Shown here one piece after another: positions 63,757 to 64,000 of a stretch of DNA of 64,000 nucleotides. The notes below the pieces were generated by a model that worked only from the letters and a program-made list of their open reading frames with translations, was not told the origin of the DNA and searched no databases. The stretch is taken from assembly GCA_011389735.1 (NCBI GenBank), contig JAABTS010000005.1, forward strand, positions 4,338-68,337, in the 5' to 3' direction. The first letter of the stretch is position 1; each line of letters starts with the position of its first letter. This DNA is from Desulfobacteraceae bacterium (GTDB taxonomy: Bacteria > Desulfobacterota > Desulfobacteria > Desulfobacterales > JAABTS01). The position numbers and the translations under genes are program-made.

Positions 63757-64000
63757 ATGGCGGCGCAAAGACAGGCTGCGGGGCGTGTCCCATCTGAAAC
63801 GATAAAATTGTCCCGAAAAAAAATCTATGTAAACGACGACTACACGGTAACCTACACCTGCCCCAAATGCGACGCGGTTATCACCGTGAACGGGCTGCGT
63901 TACAGGGGCATTGAAGGCGCTGTCGATATCAAAAGGCTTTGTGAATGCGGCCACACATTCTCCGCAAAGCTCGAAAGACGCCTCTATTACCGCCGCCGCG
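63757..64000 (+). CDS. hypothetical zinc-ribbon protein, 5' part only (runs off window; absent from ORF track because no stop)
   Basis: ATG at 63757 with AGGAGA 9 nt upstream. Open to the window end: MAAQRQAAGRVPSETIKLSRKKIYVNDDYTVTYTCPKCDAVITVNG...CECGHTFSAKLERRLYYRRR. CPxC...CxCGH suggests a Zn ribbon. Confidence 0.4.
   Translation, partial: MAAQRQAAGRVPSETIKLSRKKIYVNDDYTVTYTCPKCDAVITVNGLRYRGIEGAVDIKRLCECGHTFSAKLERRLYYRRR

Noticed and set aside
63652-63954. 100-aa minus-strand ORF at the window end
   Set aside because: Its 3' part is a REP-A copy, and the rest is antisense to the better-supported plus-strand ORF starting at 63757.

Overview
64-kb chromosomal window, roughly 50% GC by eye. 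Gene content and synteny suggest an anaerobic Desulfobacterota (Desulfobacterales-like) genome; that is inference only. Left third: 3' end of an RND pump. Then a six-gene minus-strand beta-oxidation-like cluster (2 ACADs, SCPx-type thiolase, a 909-aa HMGCS-like/DUF35/SDR/SCP2 fusion, a MaoC-hydratase/SDR fusion). Then a four-gene envelope operon (TPR/beta-barrel OMP, secreted FecR-domain protein, STN-like basic protein, 1810-aa CarboxypepD_reg giant). Middle: Uma2 nuclease, tRNA-Arg(CCT), TPR and Cache proteins, mltG, nagZ, CHASE2 adenylate cyclase and cca. These are followed by the housekeeping blocks rho-rpmE-prfA-prmC and rpsB-tsf-pyrH-frr-uppS-cdsA-dxr-rseP, a TolB-like/TPR protein, and purL-purQ. 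Right: an AT-rich islet with a lone DUF4041/T5orf172 gene, a GGDEF cyclase, a CBS protein, a MntA/HepT toxin-antitoxin pair, a Tat-DUF362 plus NapH/NapG-like polyferredoxin pair, an ABC-2 transporter and yhbY. Almost every intergenic region holds copies of a ~100-bp palindromic repeat (REP-A) plus several other small repeat families, and one REP-A copy carries a nested insertion with an apparent target-site duplication. No CRISPR array, cas genes, integrase or intact transposase were seen. The best candidates for undescribed biology are the envelope operon (11.3-21.1 kb), the fused beta-oxidation cluster, the DUF4041/T5orf172 islet and the DUF362-polyferredoxin pair. All domain calls come from reading motifs by eye; no database search was run.
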